Source: an uncultured bacterium
GTDB lineage: Bacteria > Desulfobacterota_D > UBA1144 > Nemesobacterales > UBA2774
NCBI GenBank assembly: GCA_963825135.1
Contig: CAWGRW010000009.1
Location: forward strand, 2,688,001 to 2,752,000
Length of the DNA: 64,000 bases
Direction of reading: 5' to 3'
In this document: in pieces, positions 51,306-60,724 of the stretch
How positions within the stretch are numbered: the first letter of the stretch is position 1
Layout of the letters: every line of letters begins with the position of its first letter
Notes under the pieces: model-generated
Told to the model about the DNA's origin: nothing
The model's input: only the letters and a program-made list of their open reading frames with translations
Databases searched by the model: none
Translations under genes and position numbers: made by a program

Positions 51306-51408
51306 TCGCGCCAAGATGGCGCTCCTACAAGAGATGGGCGCTCTACCTCTGTAGGAGCGGCTCCCAGCCGCGACCACAGTTTATCGCACCAGGATGGCGC
51401 CCCTACGG
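51306..51408. repeat. Three GTAG-family REP-like palindromes
   Basis: TCGCGCCAAGATGGCGCTCCTAC, GTAGGAGCGGCTCCCAGCCGCGA, TCGCACCAGGATGGCGCCCCTAC. Confidence 0.7.
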
Positions 51409-51431
51409 AGGCAGGACTTCGGAGTGCGCGC

Positions 51432-51476
51432 TTGACAGAATCCGCGGCCGGTATATAATTTAGACGAGTCTAAATT
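51432..51476 (+). promoter_or_regulatory. Promoter with overlapping DtxR/MntR-type operator
   Basis: TTGACA-16-TATAAT overlapped by the perfect 9-2-9 palindrome AATTTAGAC-GA-GTCTAAATT, just upstream of the regulator gene. Confidence 0.8.
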
Positions 51477-51494
51477 GTAATTTAGAGCGGGTAA

Positions 51495-52160
51495 ATGATC
51501 AGTCCGACCATAGAGGATTATTTAAAGGCTATATACAAGCTCGAAAAGCACCACGGGCGCGTAACCACCTCGGCCATAGCCGAGAAGCTCGCCGTGTCGG
51601 ACCCCACGGTCACGTCCATGATAAAGAAGCTCGCCAGGGAAAAACTCCTCAAGCACGTCTCTTACCACGGCGTCGTCCTTACGGAAAAGGGGGAGCGGAT
51701 AGCGATCGGGGTCATAAGGAAGCACCGCGTGGTCGAGCTTTTCCTAAAAGAGATACTGGGACTCGACTGGGACAAGGTGCACGTCGAGGCCGAGAAGCTC
51801 GAGCACGTAATATCGGACGAAATCCTCGACAGGATGGACCGCGTCCTCGGACACCCGACGATAGACCCGCACGGCGACCCGATCCCGACCGGCGAGGGGA
51901 AGGTCGAAAACGTCGGGAGGAACAGGTGCCTGGCCGACATGGACGTCGGCGACGCGGTCGAGATCAGCCGCGTGAGCGACGACGACCCGGACAAGCTCCG
52001 GTTTATGGCCGGGATAGGCCTCTACCCGCGCGTAAAGCTGCGGATAACGGATAAATCCCCGTTCGAAGGAGACATCTCCATCAAAGTGGGCTCGCTCTCT
52101 CACCGCCTGCCGAGGGACGTCGCCAAAAGCATCTATGTCACGCAAACGGAAAAAACCTGA
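51495..52160 (+). CDS. mntR: DtxR/MntR family metal-dependent repressor with FeoA domain
   Basis: EDYLKAIY, RKHRVVELFL, EAEKLEH, DPHGDPIP. Confidence 0.9.
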   Translation: MISPTIEDYLKAIYKLEKHHGRVTTSAIAEKLAVSDPTVTSMIKKLAREKLLKHVSYHGVVLTEKGERIAIGVIRKHRVVELFLKEILGLDWDKVHVEAEKLEHVISDEILDRMDRVLGHPTIDPHGDPIPTGEGKVENVGRNRCLADMDVGDAVEISRVSDDDPDKLRFMAGIGLYPRVKLRITDKSPFEGDISIKVGSLSHRLPRDVAKSIYVTQTEKT

Positions 52161-52176
52161 AGGAGGAGCCGCATAG

Positions 52177-54087
52177 TTGTCCAGAATTCGTTCCGCTTCC
52201 GATAATCAGAACTCCCTGGCTGAGGTGTTCGAGACCGTAAACGTGCCCGGTATCGGCTCCAGGTGGCGTCAGTGGCTCGCTTTCAGCGGCCCCGCCCTGC
52301 TCGTATCGATAGGGTACATGGACCCCGGCAACTGGGCTACCGACCTCGCGGGAGGGAGCCGCTATAATTATCAGCTCATCTGGGTGCTGCTGATGTCGAA
52401 CCTCATGGCGATACTGCTGCAGAGCCTGTCGGCGCGCCTGGGCATCGTGGCCCGGCGCGACCTGGCGCAGGCCAACCGCGAGGAGTACCCCGCGCTTGTC
52501 AACATACCGCTCTACGTCCTGGCCGAGATCGCGATAATAGCGTGCGACCTCGCGGAGGTGCTGGGCTCGGCCATAGCCTTGAACCTCCTGTTCGGACTCC
52601 CTCTGCTCTACGGCGTCCTTATCACCGCGCTCGACGTGCTGGTGCTGCTCATGCTGTCCCGGTTCGGCATACGGAAGCTCGAAGCGCTGATACTATCGCT
52701 GATAACGACAATAAGCGTGTGCCTCCTCATCGAGATAGTGCTCGCTAAACCCGAGTGGGGAGGGATCGTGCGCGGGTTCGTCCCGTCGCTTCCCAACAAG
52801 GACGCGCTCTATATCGCAATAGGCATCCTGGGCGCGACCGTCATGCCGCATAACCTCTACCTGCATTCTTCCCTCGTGCAGTCGCGAAAGATCGGAGACG
52901 ACCGCGCGAGCATAAAACGGGCGATAAAGTGGAACACCATCGATTCGGCCCTCGCGCTGAACATAGCCCTTTTCGTAAACGCGGCCATACTTATAATGGC
53001 GGCTGCGGTATTCTACAGGAGCGGACACCACGACGTGGCCGAGATCAAGGACGCGCACCGTCTGCTCGAGCCCCTCCTGGGGGCGTCTATCGCGCCTATC
53101 GCCTTCGCGGTCGCGCTTCTCGCCTCGGGACAGAGCTCGACGATTACGGGCACGTTCGCGGGTCAGGTCATCATGGAAGGGTATTTGAACCTCCGTATCC
53201 GTCCCTGGCTGAGACGGATGATCACGCGGCTCCTGGCCATACTGCCCGCGGCGTTCACGGTGTGGTATTTCGGCGACAACTCCACGGGGTCGCTCCTCGT
53301 GCTGAGTCAGGTGATGCTGTCGCTCCAGCTCCCGTTCGCAATAATCCCGCTCATACATTTCGTATCGGACAGGCGGCGCATGGGCGAGTTCGTCTCCCCC
53401 CGGTGGCTGAGCATGCTGGCCTGGATCACGGCGGCCATTATCGTCGTGCTCAACGTGAAGCTGGTCATGGACGAGATTCAGGGCTGGCTCAGCGGCTCGG
53501 GAGGGAACTCCTTGACGGTCGCGCTCACCGTCGTGCCCATAAGCATAGCGGTCGGAGTCCTCCTCCTCTACATAACCTTCCTCCCCTGGATAAGGAGGTA
53601 CGTGATGCCCTGGGTCGGGGTGCACGGTCCCGCGGCGGCCCCGGATACGGAGCTTCCGACGGTGGAGCCGTACAGGCGCGTGGGGGCGGCTATTGATTTC
53701 TCCGACGGGAGCATGAGGCTCCTCGCCGAGGCGGAGCGCATGGCGCGGGGCACGTCGGCGAAGATATTTTTACTGCACGTGGTCGAAAGCCCCGCCGCGC
53801 AGGTCATGGGACAGGAGGCCGCCGACCAGGAGACGCTCAGCGACAGGGGGCGGCTCGAGGCGCTCACGAAGAGGCTCCGCGACGCGGGCTATGACGCGGA
53901 ATGGAGGTTAGGCACGGGGAGCCCGGCCGCGGGGCTCGCGCGGATAGTCAACGAGCTCGAACTGGACCTCGTGATACTGGGCGCTCACGGTCACTCGGGC
54001 ATATCGGACATCATCCACGGCACGACTGTCGACGCGCTCCGTCATCAGGTACGCGCAAGCATACTGGTCGTGCCGCTGAAGGCGTGA
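52177..54087 (+). CDS. mntH: Nramp Mn2+ transporter MntH with C-terminal USP domain
   Basis: GYMDPGNW, MPHNLYLHS, GQSSTITGT..GQ.IMEGY; C-terminal ILGAHGHSGI.D. Confidence 0.93.
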   Translation: MSRIRSASDNQNSLAEVFETVNVPGIGSRWRQWLAFSGPALLVSIGYMDPGNWATDLAGGSRYNYQLIWVLLMSNLMAILLQSLSARLGIVARRDLAQANREEYPALVNIPLYVLAEIAIIACDLAEVLGSAIALNLLFGLPLLYGVLITALDVLVLLMLSRFGIRKLEALILSLITTISVCLLIEIVLAKPEWGGIVRGFVPSLPNKDALYIAIGILGATVMPHNLYLHSSLVQSRKIGDDRASIKRAIKWNTIDSALALNIALFVNAAILIMAAAVFYRSGHHDVAEIKDAHRLLEPLLGASIAPIAFAVALLASGQSSTITGTFAGQVIMEGYLNLRIRPWLRRMITRLLAILPAAFTVWYFGDNSTGSLLVLSQVMLSLQLPFAIIPLIHFVSDRRRMGEFVSPRWLSMLAWITAAIIVVLNVKLVMDEIQGWLSGSGGNSLTVALTVVPISIAVGVLLLYITFLPWIRRYVMPWVGVHGPAAAPDTELPTVEPYRRVGAAIDFSDGSMRLLAEAERMARGTSAKIFLLHVVESPAAQVMGQEAADQETLSDRGRLEALTKRLRDAGYDAEWRLGTGSPAAGLARIVNELELDLVILGAHGHSGISDIIHGTTVDALRHQVRASILVVPLKA

Positions 54088-54209
54088 TTGAAGGGCATAG
54101 GACGCTCGAATTCATAGTTCGGCCCCTATGACATAAAGGTTGTTTGGGTCTCTCGTATATGATAGCATTTCAAGATGTAAGGGATTATAGACTTAAAGGA
54201 GGAATTTAT

Positions 54210-54752
54210 ATGAGATACGTACTAAATTCGATTAGTTTTTTAATCCTTACAATGCTTCTGAGCGCGGGCTCGCTCGTGCTCGGTACTGGCCGGGTTATGG
54301 CTCAGCCATCTTGCGTCATAACAATTGAAAAAGTAGCGGACCCCGCCGACGACACTCCGTTTGGTTTCTCGGAAGGCGGGGATTTTGGCGGCACATTTTC
54401 ATTAAGGGACCCGAGCGATCCTACAAGACCTCTTGGAATAGATATAGGTCAAACACTGACTATAACGGAAGACGTCGTTCCCGATGGATGGACACTCGAC
54501 AGCATAGAGTGCGTGGAAGGGACAACCAGCTGCGGAACCACTTCTTGCCTCACCGCCACCGTGGACGGGAACCGCGTCACATTCGAATGTCTGGATGATG
54601 ATACGGCGTCCTGTGTTTTTACAAACGTTATAGCGCCCGTAGCGCCCTCCGACATACCGACCCTCTCCGAATGGGGGCTTATAGCCATGGCGGGAATTCT
54701 GGGCATAGCCGGATTCATGGTCGTAATGAGAAGAAGGAAGGCAGCCGCTTAA
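54210..54752 (+). CDS. IPTL-CTERM protein, tandem pair copy 1
   Basis: AAAGGAGG RBS; signal peptide; C.ITI.K, GW.L.SI.C, CVFTN; IPTLSEWG-TM-RRRKAAA. Confidence 0.88.
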   Translation: MRYVLNSISFLILTMLLSAGSLVLGTGRVMAQPSCVITIEKVADPADDTPFGFSEGGDFGGTFSLRDPSDPTRPLGIDIGQTLTITEDVVPDGWTLDSIECVEGTTSCGTTSCLTATVDGNRVTFECLDDDTASCVFTNVIAPVAPSDIPTLSEWGLIAMAGILGIAGFMVVMRRRKAAA

Positions 54753-54836
54753 GAGATACATTGTTTGATTAGATTATTTATGATAGAATTGCATCCGTAC
54801 AAGCAGTAGTGAAGCTGCTTAAAGGAGGAATCTAAT

Positions 54837-55379
54837 ATGAGATACGTATTAAATTTGATTAGTTTTGTTATCCTTGTAATGATAGTGGGATTAGGCTCCC
54901 TGGCGCTCGGCACGGGCCGGGCCGTGGCTCAGGACTGTAAGGTATCGATTACAAAATCGGCGTCTCCCGCGAATAACTTTACATTTGTGTTCGTTGCAAC
55001 GGGGGAGAGTGGTGAGTTCACCTCCGAATTAAAGGACCCGGACTCGCCCGAAACTTCTTTCGGAATGAACGTAGGCGAAACGGAGACCGTAACGGAAGAA
55101 GATGCCAATGGATGGGCACTTGAAAGTATCGTTTGCACGGAAGGAGTAACCAACTGCGGAGGTCCGGGGGAGTTCGTCCCATGCCTCACCGCTACAGTAG
55201 ACGGGAACAGCGTCACATTCGAATGCCTGGATAGTGATACGGCGTCCTGTGTTTTTACGAATGTCGTAGCGCCCTCCAACATACCGACCCTCTCCGAATG
55301 GGGGCTTATAGCCATGGCGGGAATTTTGGGCATAGCCGGATTCATGGTCGTAATGAGAAGAAGGAAGGCAGCCGCTTAA
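54837..55379 (+). CDS. IPTL-CTERM protein, tandem pair copy 2
   Basis: Paralog of 54210..54752 with the same architecture. Confidence 0.88.
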   Translation: MRYVLNLISFVILVMIVGLGSLALGTGRAVAQDCKVSITKSASPANNFTFVFVATGESGEFTSELKDPDSPETSFGMNVGETETVTEEDANGWALESIVCTEGVTNCGGPGEFVPCLTATVDGNSVTFECLDSDTASCVFTNVVAPSNIPTLSEWGLIAMAGILGIAGFMVVMRRRKAAA

Positions 55380-55422
55380 AAAAGACTATCCATATATATA
55401 TACAAACTCAGGCTATACAAAT

Positions 55423-55450
55423 AAAAGGGGGCGGAAGCCCCCTTTTTTAT
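55423..55450. terminator. Rho-independent terminator
   Basis: AAAAGGGGGC-ggaa-GCCCCCTTTTTT. Confidence 0.8.
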
Positions 55451-55550
55451 TTATCCGACGTACGCATGCAGACCGGGCGAAAGGAGAGCCGTTTCCGCGC
55501 GCTCCTCATCGCAGCTCACGCGGAGTCCGTTTTTCATCGAGGCGCGGGCT

Positions 55551-55727
55551 CTATATGTCGCGTATGGCCTTCTGACACTGCTCGACAACCTCGGCGGGGA
55601 TTACATCCATGCCGTGCGCTTCCTTGGCATGCTTTGCCGCCTGATTCATGATATCCTCTGCCGTCTCCCCCTTTGCCTCGAAGTCGCAGTCAACTCCGAC
55701 GTCCCTGCAGCGAAGTACTTTCGTCAT
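55551..55727 (-). CDS. DUF1059 family small metal-binding protein (58 aa; absent from ORF track)
   Basis: MTKVLRCRDVGVDCDFEAKGETAEDIMNQAAKHAKEAHGM...AIRDI, with AAGGAG RBS; C..C..H..H pattern. Confidence 0.85.
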   Translation of the reverse strand: MTKVLRCRDVGVDCDFEAKGETAEDIMNQAAKHAKEAHGMDVIPAEVVEQCQKAIRDI

Positions 55728-55971
55728 GATTAGTCTCCTTTGTAAAGCGTATTTTTTCGTAGTTAAGAGTATATGCTCGATAGAGGAGCGAACGCCAGCC
55801 CTTCCGGAGTATCAGCGGCAGCGGATCGGGCTCAGGCTCAGGCGTAGGGACTCCGAATAATAGCGGCCCGTCGAATCGAAAGGCGAGCGCGCTCCCGCTC
55901 ATACTCATGTCCGTTGTCCTGATTTCGGACAACCGTCTATAATCCACACTTGCAGGTATTGTCCGTCGTTA

Positions 55972-55988
55972 TTGAAAATAATTTTCGG
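55972..55988. promoter_or_regulatory. Candidate Fur-family operator
   Basis: TTGAAAAT-A-ATTTTCGG resembles the deltaproteobacterial Fur box TGAAAATnATTTTCA; upstream of the peroxidase locus. Confidence 0.45.
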
Positions 55989-56047
55989 CACTGTGCTTGC
56001 ACTATCTAATTGAAGGTGAAAGTTCATTCCATAAAGGGAGAGACCGG

Positions 56048-56353
56048 ATGAAAGAGGACAATACCGCAGGGTACGGACAATATTTCGGCTACTCGGTTAC
56101 GGCCGCGCTCATGCTGGCGTGGATACTTGCCGCGTGGACCGGGTTCATGCTGGGCGTCGTGCCCTATTCGCCCGGAGACGACAAGGTGACGCTCCTGCTC
56201 GGATACACGAGGGCGGAGTGGGGTATTATACATTCATGGCTGAGCGTGATTGCCGTATTCGTCACGGCCGTGGAGATAGTGATAAGCCGGAAGTTTCTCA
56301 GGGAAGGCTTAGGTTATCTTACCGAGGCCGAGAGCAAGCAGGCCGCAGACTAA
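56048..56353 (+). CDS. Small two-TM membrane protein (DUF4405-like)
   Basis: TG..L, LLG.TR.EW..IH.W motif. Confidence 0.6.
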   Translation: MKEDNTAGYGQYFGYSVTAALMLAWILAAWTGFMLGVVPYSPGDDKVTLLLGYTRAEWGIIHSWLSVIAVFVTAVEIVISRKFLREGLGYLTEAESKQAAD

Positions 56354-56404
56354 ACCGGGCATCACACCGTCCGCGCGGCACATTAACAATCGAGAGGTTC
56401 GAAT

Positions 56405-57478
56405 ATGAAATTAAAATCAATGATTATGATTCTGGGGGTCCTGGCGATCATCACGCCCTGGGCCTCGCACGCGGAAGACGATATGATGAAAAAGGCGGCC
56501 GCGCTCTTCAAGCCCATACCGGCAGCCGCTCCCGAGGACAAGGAAAACCCCGTAACACCCGAAAAGACGGAGCTCGGGAAGATGCTCTATTTCGATCCGA
56601 GGCTCTCGGCCTCCGATCTCATTAGCTGCAATACCTGTCATAACCTGGGCACGGGAGGCGTGGACCTGCAGGAAACATCCATCGGACACGCCTGGCAGAA
56701 GGGTCCGAGGAACGCGCCTACCGTGCTAAACTCCGTATTCAATATCGCTCAGTTCTGGGACGGGAGGGCCAAAGACCTCGCCGAGCAGGCCAAGGGCCCC
56801 ATGCAGGCGACCGTGGAGATGAGCAACACCCCCGAGCGGGCCGTAGAGACCCTGAAGAGCATGCCCGCGTACGCGGATCATTTTAAAAGATCGTTCCCCG
56901 GAGATGCGGACCCGGTAACGTTCGACAATACGGTTAAGGCCATCGAGGCGTTTGAATCGACGCTCCTTACCCCGGATTCCCCGTTCGACAAATATATCGG
57001 CGGGGACGGCTCCGCGCTCACAGAACACCAGAAGGAAGGCCTCGCCCTGTTCGTGAACAAAGGGTGCGCCGGGTGCCACAACGGCATCAACGCGGGAGGC
57101 GGCGGGTATTTCCCGTTCGGCCTCGTGGAGAAACCCGCGGACGAGGTAAGGCCTCCGGGAGACAAGGGGCGCTTCGCCGTGACCAAGACGAAGAGCGACG
57201 AATACGTCTATAAAGTCCCCACGCTCCGCAACATTACGCTCACAGCGCCTTACTTCCATTCGGGGAAGGTGTGGGACTTAAAAGAGGCCGTTTCGATAAT
57301 GGGCTCCGTACAGCTGGGGATGAAGCTCACGGAAGGGGAAGTGGACAGCATAGTCGATTTCCTCGGGGCGCTCACGGGGACGCAGCCGGAGGTAGTATAT
57401 CCCGTACTTCCGCCGAGCGGCCCCGACACACCGCGCCCGGTGCTCGATATACCGTCCACAAACGGCAAGGGACGTTAA
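56405..57478 (+). CDS. ccp: Di-heme cytochrome c peroxidase
   Basis: Signal peptide; CNTCH and CAGCH heme motifs; QFWDGRA; KVPTLRN; PYFHSG. Confidence 0.93.
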   Translation: MKLKSMIMILGVLAIITPWASHAEDDMMKKAAALFKPIPAAAPEDKENPVTPEKTELGKMLYFDPRLSASDLISCNTCHNLGTGGVDLQETSIGHAWQKGPRNAPTVLNSVFNIAQFWDGRAKDLAEQAKGPMQATVEMSNTPERAVETLKSMPAYADHFKRSFPGDADPVTFDNTVKAIEAFESTLLTPDSPFDKYIGGDGSALTEHQKEGLALFVNKGCAGCHNGINAGGGGYFPFGLVEKPADEVRPPGDKGRFAVTKTKSDEYVYKVPTLRNITLTAPYFHSGKVWDLKEAVSIMGSVQLGMKLTEGEVDSIVDFLGALTGTQPEVVYPVLPPSGPDTPRPVLDIPSTNGKGR

Positions 57479-57689
57479 GGCCCGACATTAGTCCTGTCCC
57501 GGCGAAGGGATTCTCGGTTCGTACGGGAAACCGGTAATTCCTGTTAAGAGTCTGCGCAGAGCGAATACCCTATCGCTATAACCCTAAATATCTATATAAT
57601 TCTCATAGGCGTCTCTACGGAAGGCGCCGCTCACAAGGCAAGTCCCCATAGACCACAGTGCCGACATCCACATAAACGGGAGGACAGAT

Positions 57690-58947
57690 ATGTACGAGCT
57701 ATTCAATTCGGCCGCGTTCAGGGAGGCGATAGTCCAGTTCGAGAGGGCGAGCAGGCTCCTGACGGACGACGACGGACTCGAAAACAGGTTCAGGCTCCCT
57801 CAGAGGACGCTCGTAGTGAGCTGTCCAGTGCGTATGGACGACGGCACTATAAAGGTATTCGGCGGGTACAGGGTGCAGCACAACCAGACCCTCGGGCCTT
57901 ACAAGGGCGGCATACGATACCACCCGGACGTGGACATGGGGGAGGTAGCCGCGCTCGCGATGAATATGACGTGGAAGTGCGGGCTCGCGGAGCTGCCGTT
58001 CGGGGGCGCGAAGGGGGGCGTGTCGGTCGACCCGCGCACGCTGTCCCAGGGCGAGCTCGAGAGGCTCACCAGGAGGTACACGGCCGAGATACTCCCCGTA
58101 ATCGGCCCGAACAAGGACATACCCGCGCCTGACCTCGGGACGAACCCCCAGGTAATGGCATGGATCATGGATACGTACAGCGTGGCGCAGGGGTACACGG
58201 TCCCCTCCGTCGTCACGGGAAAGCCGGTCATCATAGGCGGCTCGCTCGGGAGGGAGGAGGCGACGGGATACGGGGTCGCTTACGTGACCGAGGACGCGCT
58301 CAGGAGATTCAAGAGGTACTCGGACTCGATAAAGGTGGTGATTCAGGGGTTCGGGAACGTCGGGAGCCACACCGCGCACAAGCTCGACGATATGGGGATC
58401 ACTGTCGTAGCCGTGAACGACGTCTACGGGGGCATATACAACCCTAACGGACTCTCCGTCGAGGATCTGATACGAACCGTCAGGGAGAAGGGAAAGGTGA
58501 ACGAGTACGTCAAACGGGGACAAGGTGACGAACGACGAGATGCTCGCGCTCGAATGCGACGTGCTCATACCGGCGGCGCTGGGGAGGGCGATAACGAAGC
58601 AGAACGCGTCCGGGCTCAAATGCGGGATGGTGGTCGAGGGGGCGAACGGCCCGACTACGGCGGAGGCGGACGACATACTCCGGGAGAGGAACATACCCGT
58701 GATACCGGATATACTGGCAAACGCCGGGGGGCTTATCGTGTCGTATTTCGAATGGGTTCAGGGGCTCCAGGAATATTACTGGTCGAGGGAGGCCGTGCAC
58801 GACGAGCTCAAGAAGCGCATGAAGAGTACGTTTATCAAGGTAGCCGAGTACGCGGAGAAAGAGGGCGTGTCGATGCGTCTCGCCGCGCTGATGCTCGGCA
58901 TAAGCCACGTATCCCGGGCCAAAAAGCTCCGGGGACTTTATCCGTGA
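57690..58947 (+). CDS. gdhA: Glu/Leu/Phe/Val dehydrogenase (indel near 58510)
   Basis: GPYKGGIRYH, GGAKGG, DIPAPD, QGFGNVG; second frame EGANGP, LANAGG.IVSYFEWVQ. Confidence 0.92.
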
Positions 58948-59240
58948 GGTTTATATTTGCGAAGAACGGTTCTGAGCGAGCGCAAGAACCGGTCGCTGCT
59001 GGCCGATTGCAATTAAGAAAGTTACCCACGCGCCATACCAAATGAATCCAGCAACCGCGGCAATCTTATGAAAAAGCGAGATCGCCACGACCAAAAAGTT
59101 TTGGATTTAGTATCGAATTGCCATAAGGTATCGTTTCACTGGAATCATCCAGGGGCAACCGATTCCTCGCACGCTCGAAATCGTTCTCGCGATGACAAAA
59201 AAAGAGGTGTCATTGGTTCGTCACTCTGTGTCTTCAAAAT

Positions 59241-59462
59241 TCAACTAGCTTCTTCGTATTCAATATATTCCGCCATGCTTGATGGAGCGGGAACTTCAAG
59301 ACCATCCTCAATTAATCCCCGAATATGAAATGGAATTGCGTCTTTCATAAGCTGCAAGGTTTCTTCAATCGTATCGCCGACTGCCACACAGCCGGGTAAA
59401 TCGGGGCAAAACGCTCCGTAGGTTCCGGTTTCGCTCCGCTCAACTATTATTAAATATTCCAT
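59241..59462 (-). CDS. hicB: HicB family antitoxin (solo)
   Basis: Y.AFCPDLPGC.A.GDT.EE......AI..H...L.E.G..VP. Confidence 0.85.
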   Translation of the reverse strand: MEYLIIVERSETGTYGAFCPDLPGCVAVGDTIEETLQLMKDAIPFHIRGLIEDGLEVPAPSSMAEYIEYEEAS

Positions 59463-59570
59463 TATTTCTAGCTCTCCCCTTTCCATTAATATCCTGCCTT
59501 CACAGCGGTGTCAATCCCGACATTTCATTCTCACCTGGCGGTTCATACATAAATAAGTCACAATCTCTAC

Positions 59571-60644
59571 ATGCCAAACAAACCCGGCACCATAACTTTA
59601 GGCATAATCGGCTGCGGGGGAGTGACCGAGACATTCCACCTGCCCTCGCTCAAATCACTGCGCAACATTGAAGTTGTCGCGATCTCGGATGTCGATAAGA
59701 AGAAATTAGACAGGCTGGCCGAAACTTTTGAAATCAGTAATCTCTATGAAGACCCGCACGAGCTGATAAACCGCCCGGAAATAGAAGCCGTCGCCGTATG
59801 CGCCCCTTCCGAATATCACTTCGCGCTAGGTATGGCCGTGCTCAATGCGGGCAAACACCTCTTCATCGAGAAACCCGTTGCACTAAGCCTGGAAGAAAGC
59901 GGGCAGTTGATAGAAAAAGCCGGAGAGTCTTCCGTTAAGGCGTTTGTCGGATTCAATCTCCGCTGGCATCGTAATGTGAGGAAAGCGAAAGAGGTCATTG
60001 AGGAAGGGAAGCTGGGGCCTGTAAAACTGGTGCGGAGTGTAATCTCCACGAATCATCCGATGATCACCGAATGGAGGAAAAACCGGGGGCTCGGAGGCGG
60101 GGTTATACTGGAACTCGCAATCCATCATTTCGATTTACTTAGGTATTTATTTAATTCGGAAGTGGAAGAAATCTACGCGAGGAGCGTCTCAGGAGATATA
60201 CAGGACGAGGCAGCATCGGTTACGCTGAAAATGTCAAACGGCATTCTGTCGTCGTCCGTCTTTTCGTTCCGGTCAAGTCACGGAAACGAAATCGAGGTAT
60301 ATGGAGAGTCCGGGAGCCTGAAGATATCGCCCTACGACATCGACGGACTCGAGATAAGGCCGAGCTCGGCCGCGCCCGGCAGATTTATTTCCATGATCGG
60401 GAGACCTTTTCATACGGTCATGCAGACAGCCGGAAACGCAGGGGCGCTCAGTCACGGAGGAATTTTCAAAGAGTCTTACTATCGCGAATGGCAAAGCTTT
60501 GCAGATTCCGTGATTTATAATAAAAATACAGAATGTAATCTGGAAGACGGAAGGCGCTCGCTCGAAATCGCTCTCTCGGCGGTCGAATCCGTATCGACGG
60601 GCATGCCGGTAAAATTATCCAACCTGCCCGGCGAGCCCGGATAA
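59571..60644 (+). CDS. Gfo/Idh/MocA family oxidoreductase
   Basis: GIIGCG, GKHLFIEKP, GFNLRW, GGGVILELAIHHFD. Confidence 0.9.
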   Translation: MPNKPGTITLGIIGCGGVTETFHLPSLKSLRNIEVVAISDVDKKKLDRLAETFEISNLYEDPHELINRPEIEAVAVCAPSEYHFALGMAVLNAGKHLFIEKPVALSLEESGQLIEKAGESSVKAFVGFNLRWHRNVRKAKEVIEEGKLGPVKLVRSVISTNHPMITEWRKNRGLGGGVILELAIHHFDLLRYLFNSEVEEIYARSVSGDIQDEAASVTLKMSNGILSSSVFSFRSSHGNEIEVYGESGSLKISPYDIDGLEIRPSSAAPGRFISMIGRPFHTVMQTAGNAGALSHGGIFKESYYREWQSFADSVIYNKNTECNLEDGRRSLEIALSAVESVSTGMPVKLSNLPGEPG

Positions 60645-60724
60645 AGAAGCGGCTGATTATATTTTACAATTCTCTGTATGACTGGATATTATTTGAAAAA
60701 AAATGATCCGGAGTTTACTCAGCT

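Noticed and set aside
43907..55379. Diversity-generating retroelement acting on IPTL-CTERM paralogs
   Set aside because: No reverse transcriptase in the window; differences include indels and are not adenine-specific
55690..55947. 85-aa minus-strand ORF with PEPEPDP
   Set aside because: It overlaps the RBS and start of the better-supported DUF1059 gene and has no recognisable motif or RBS
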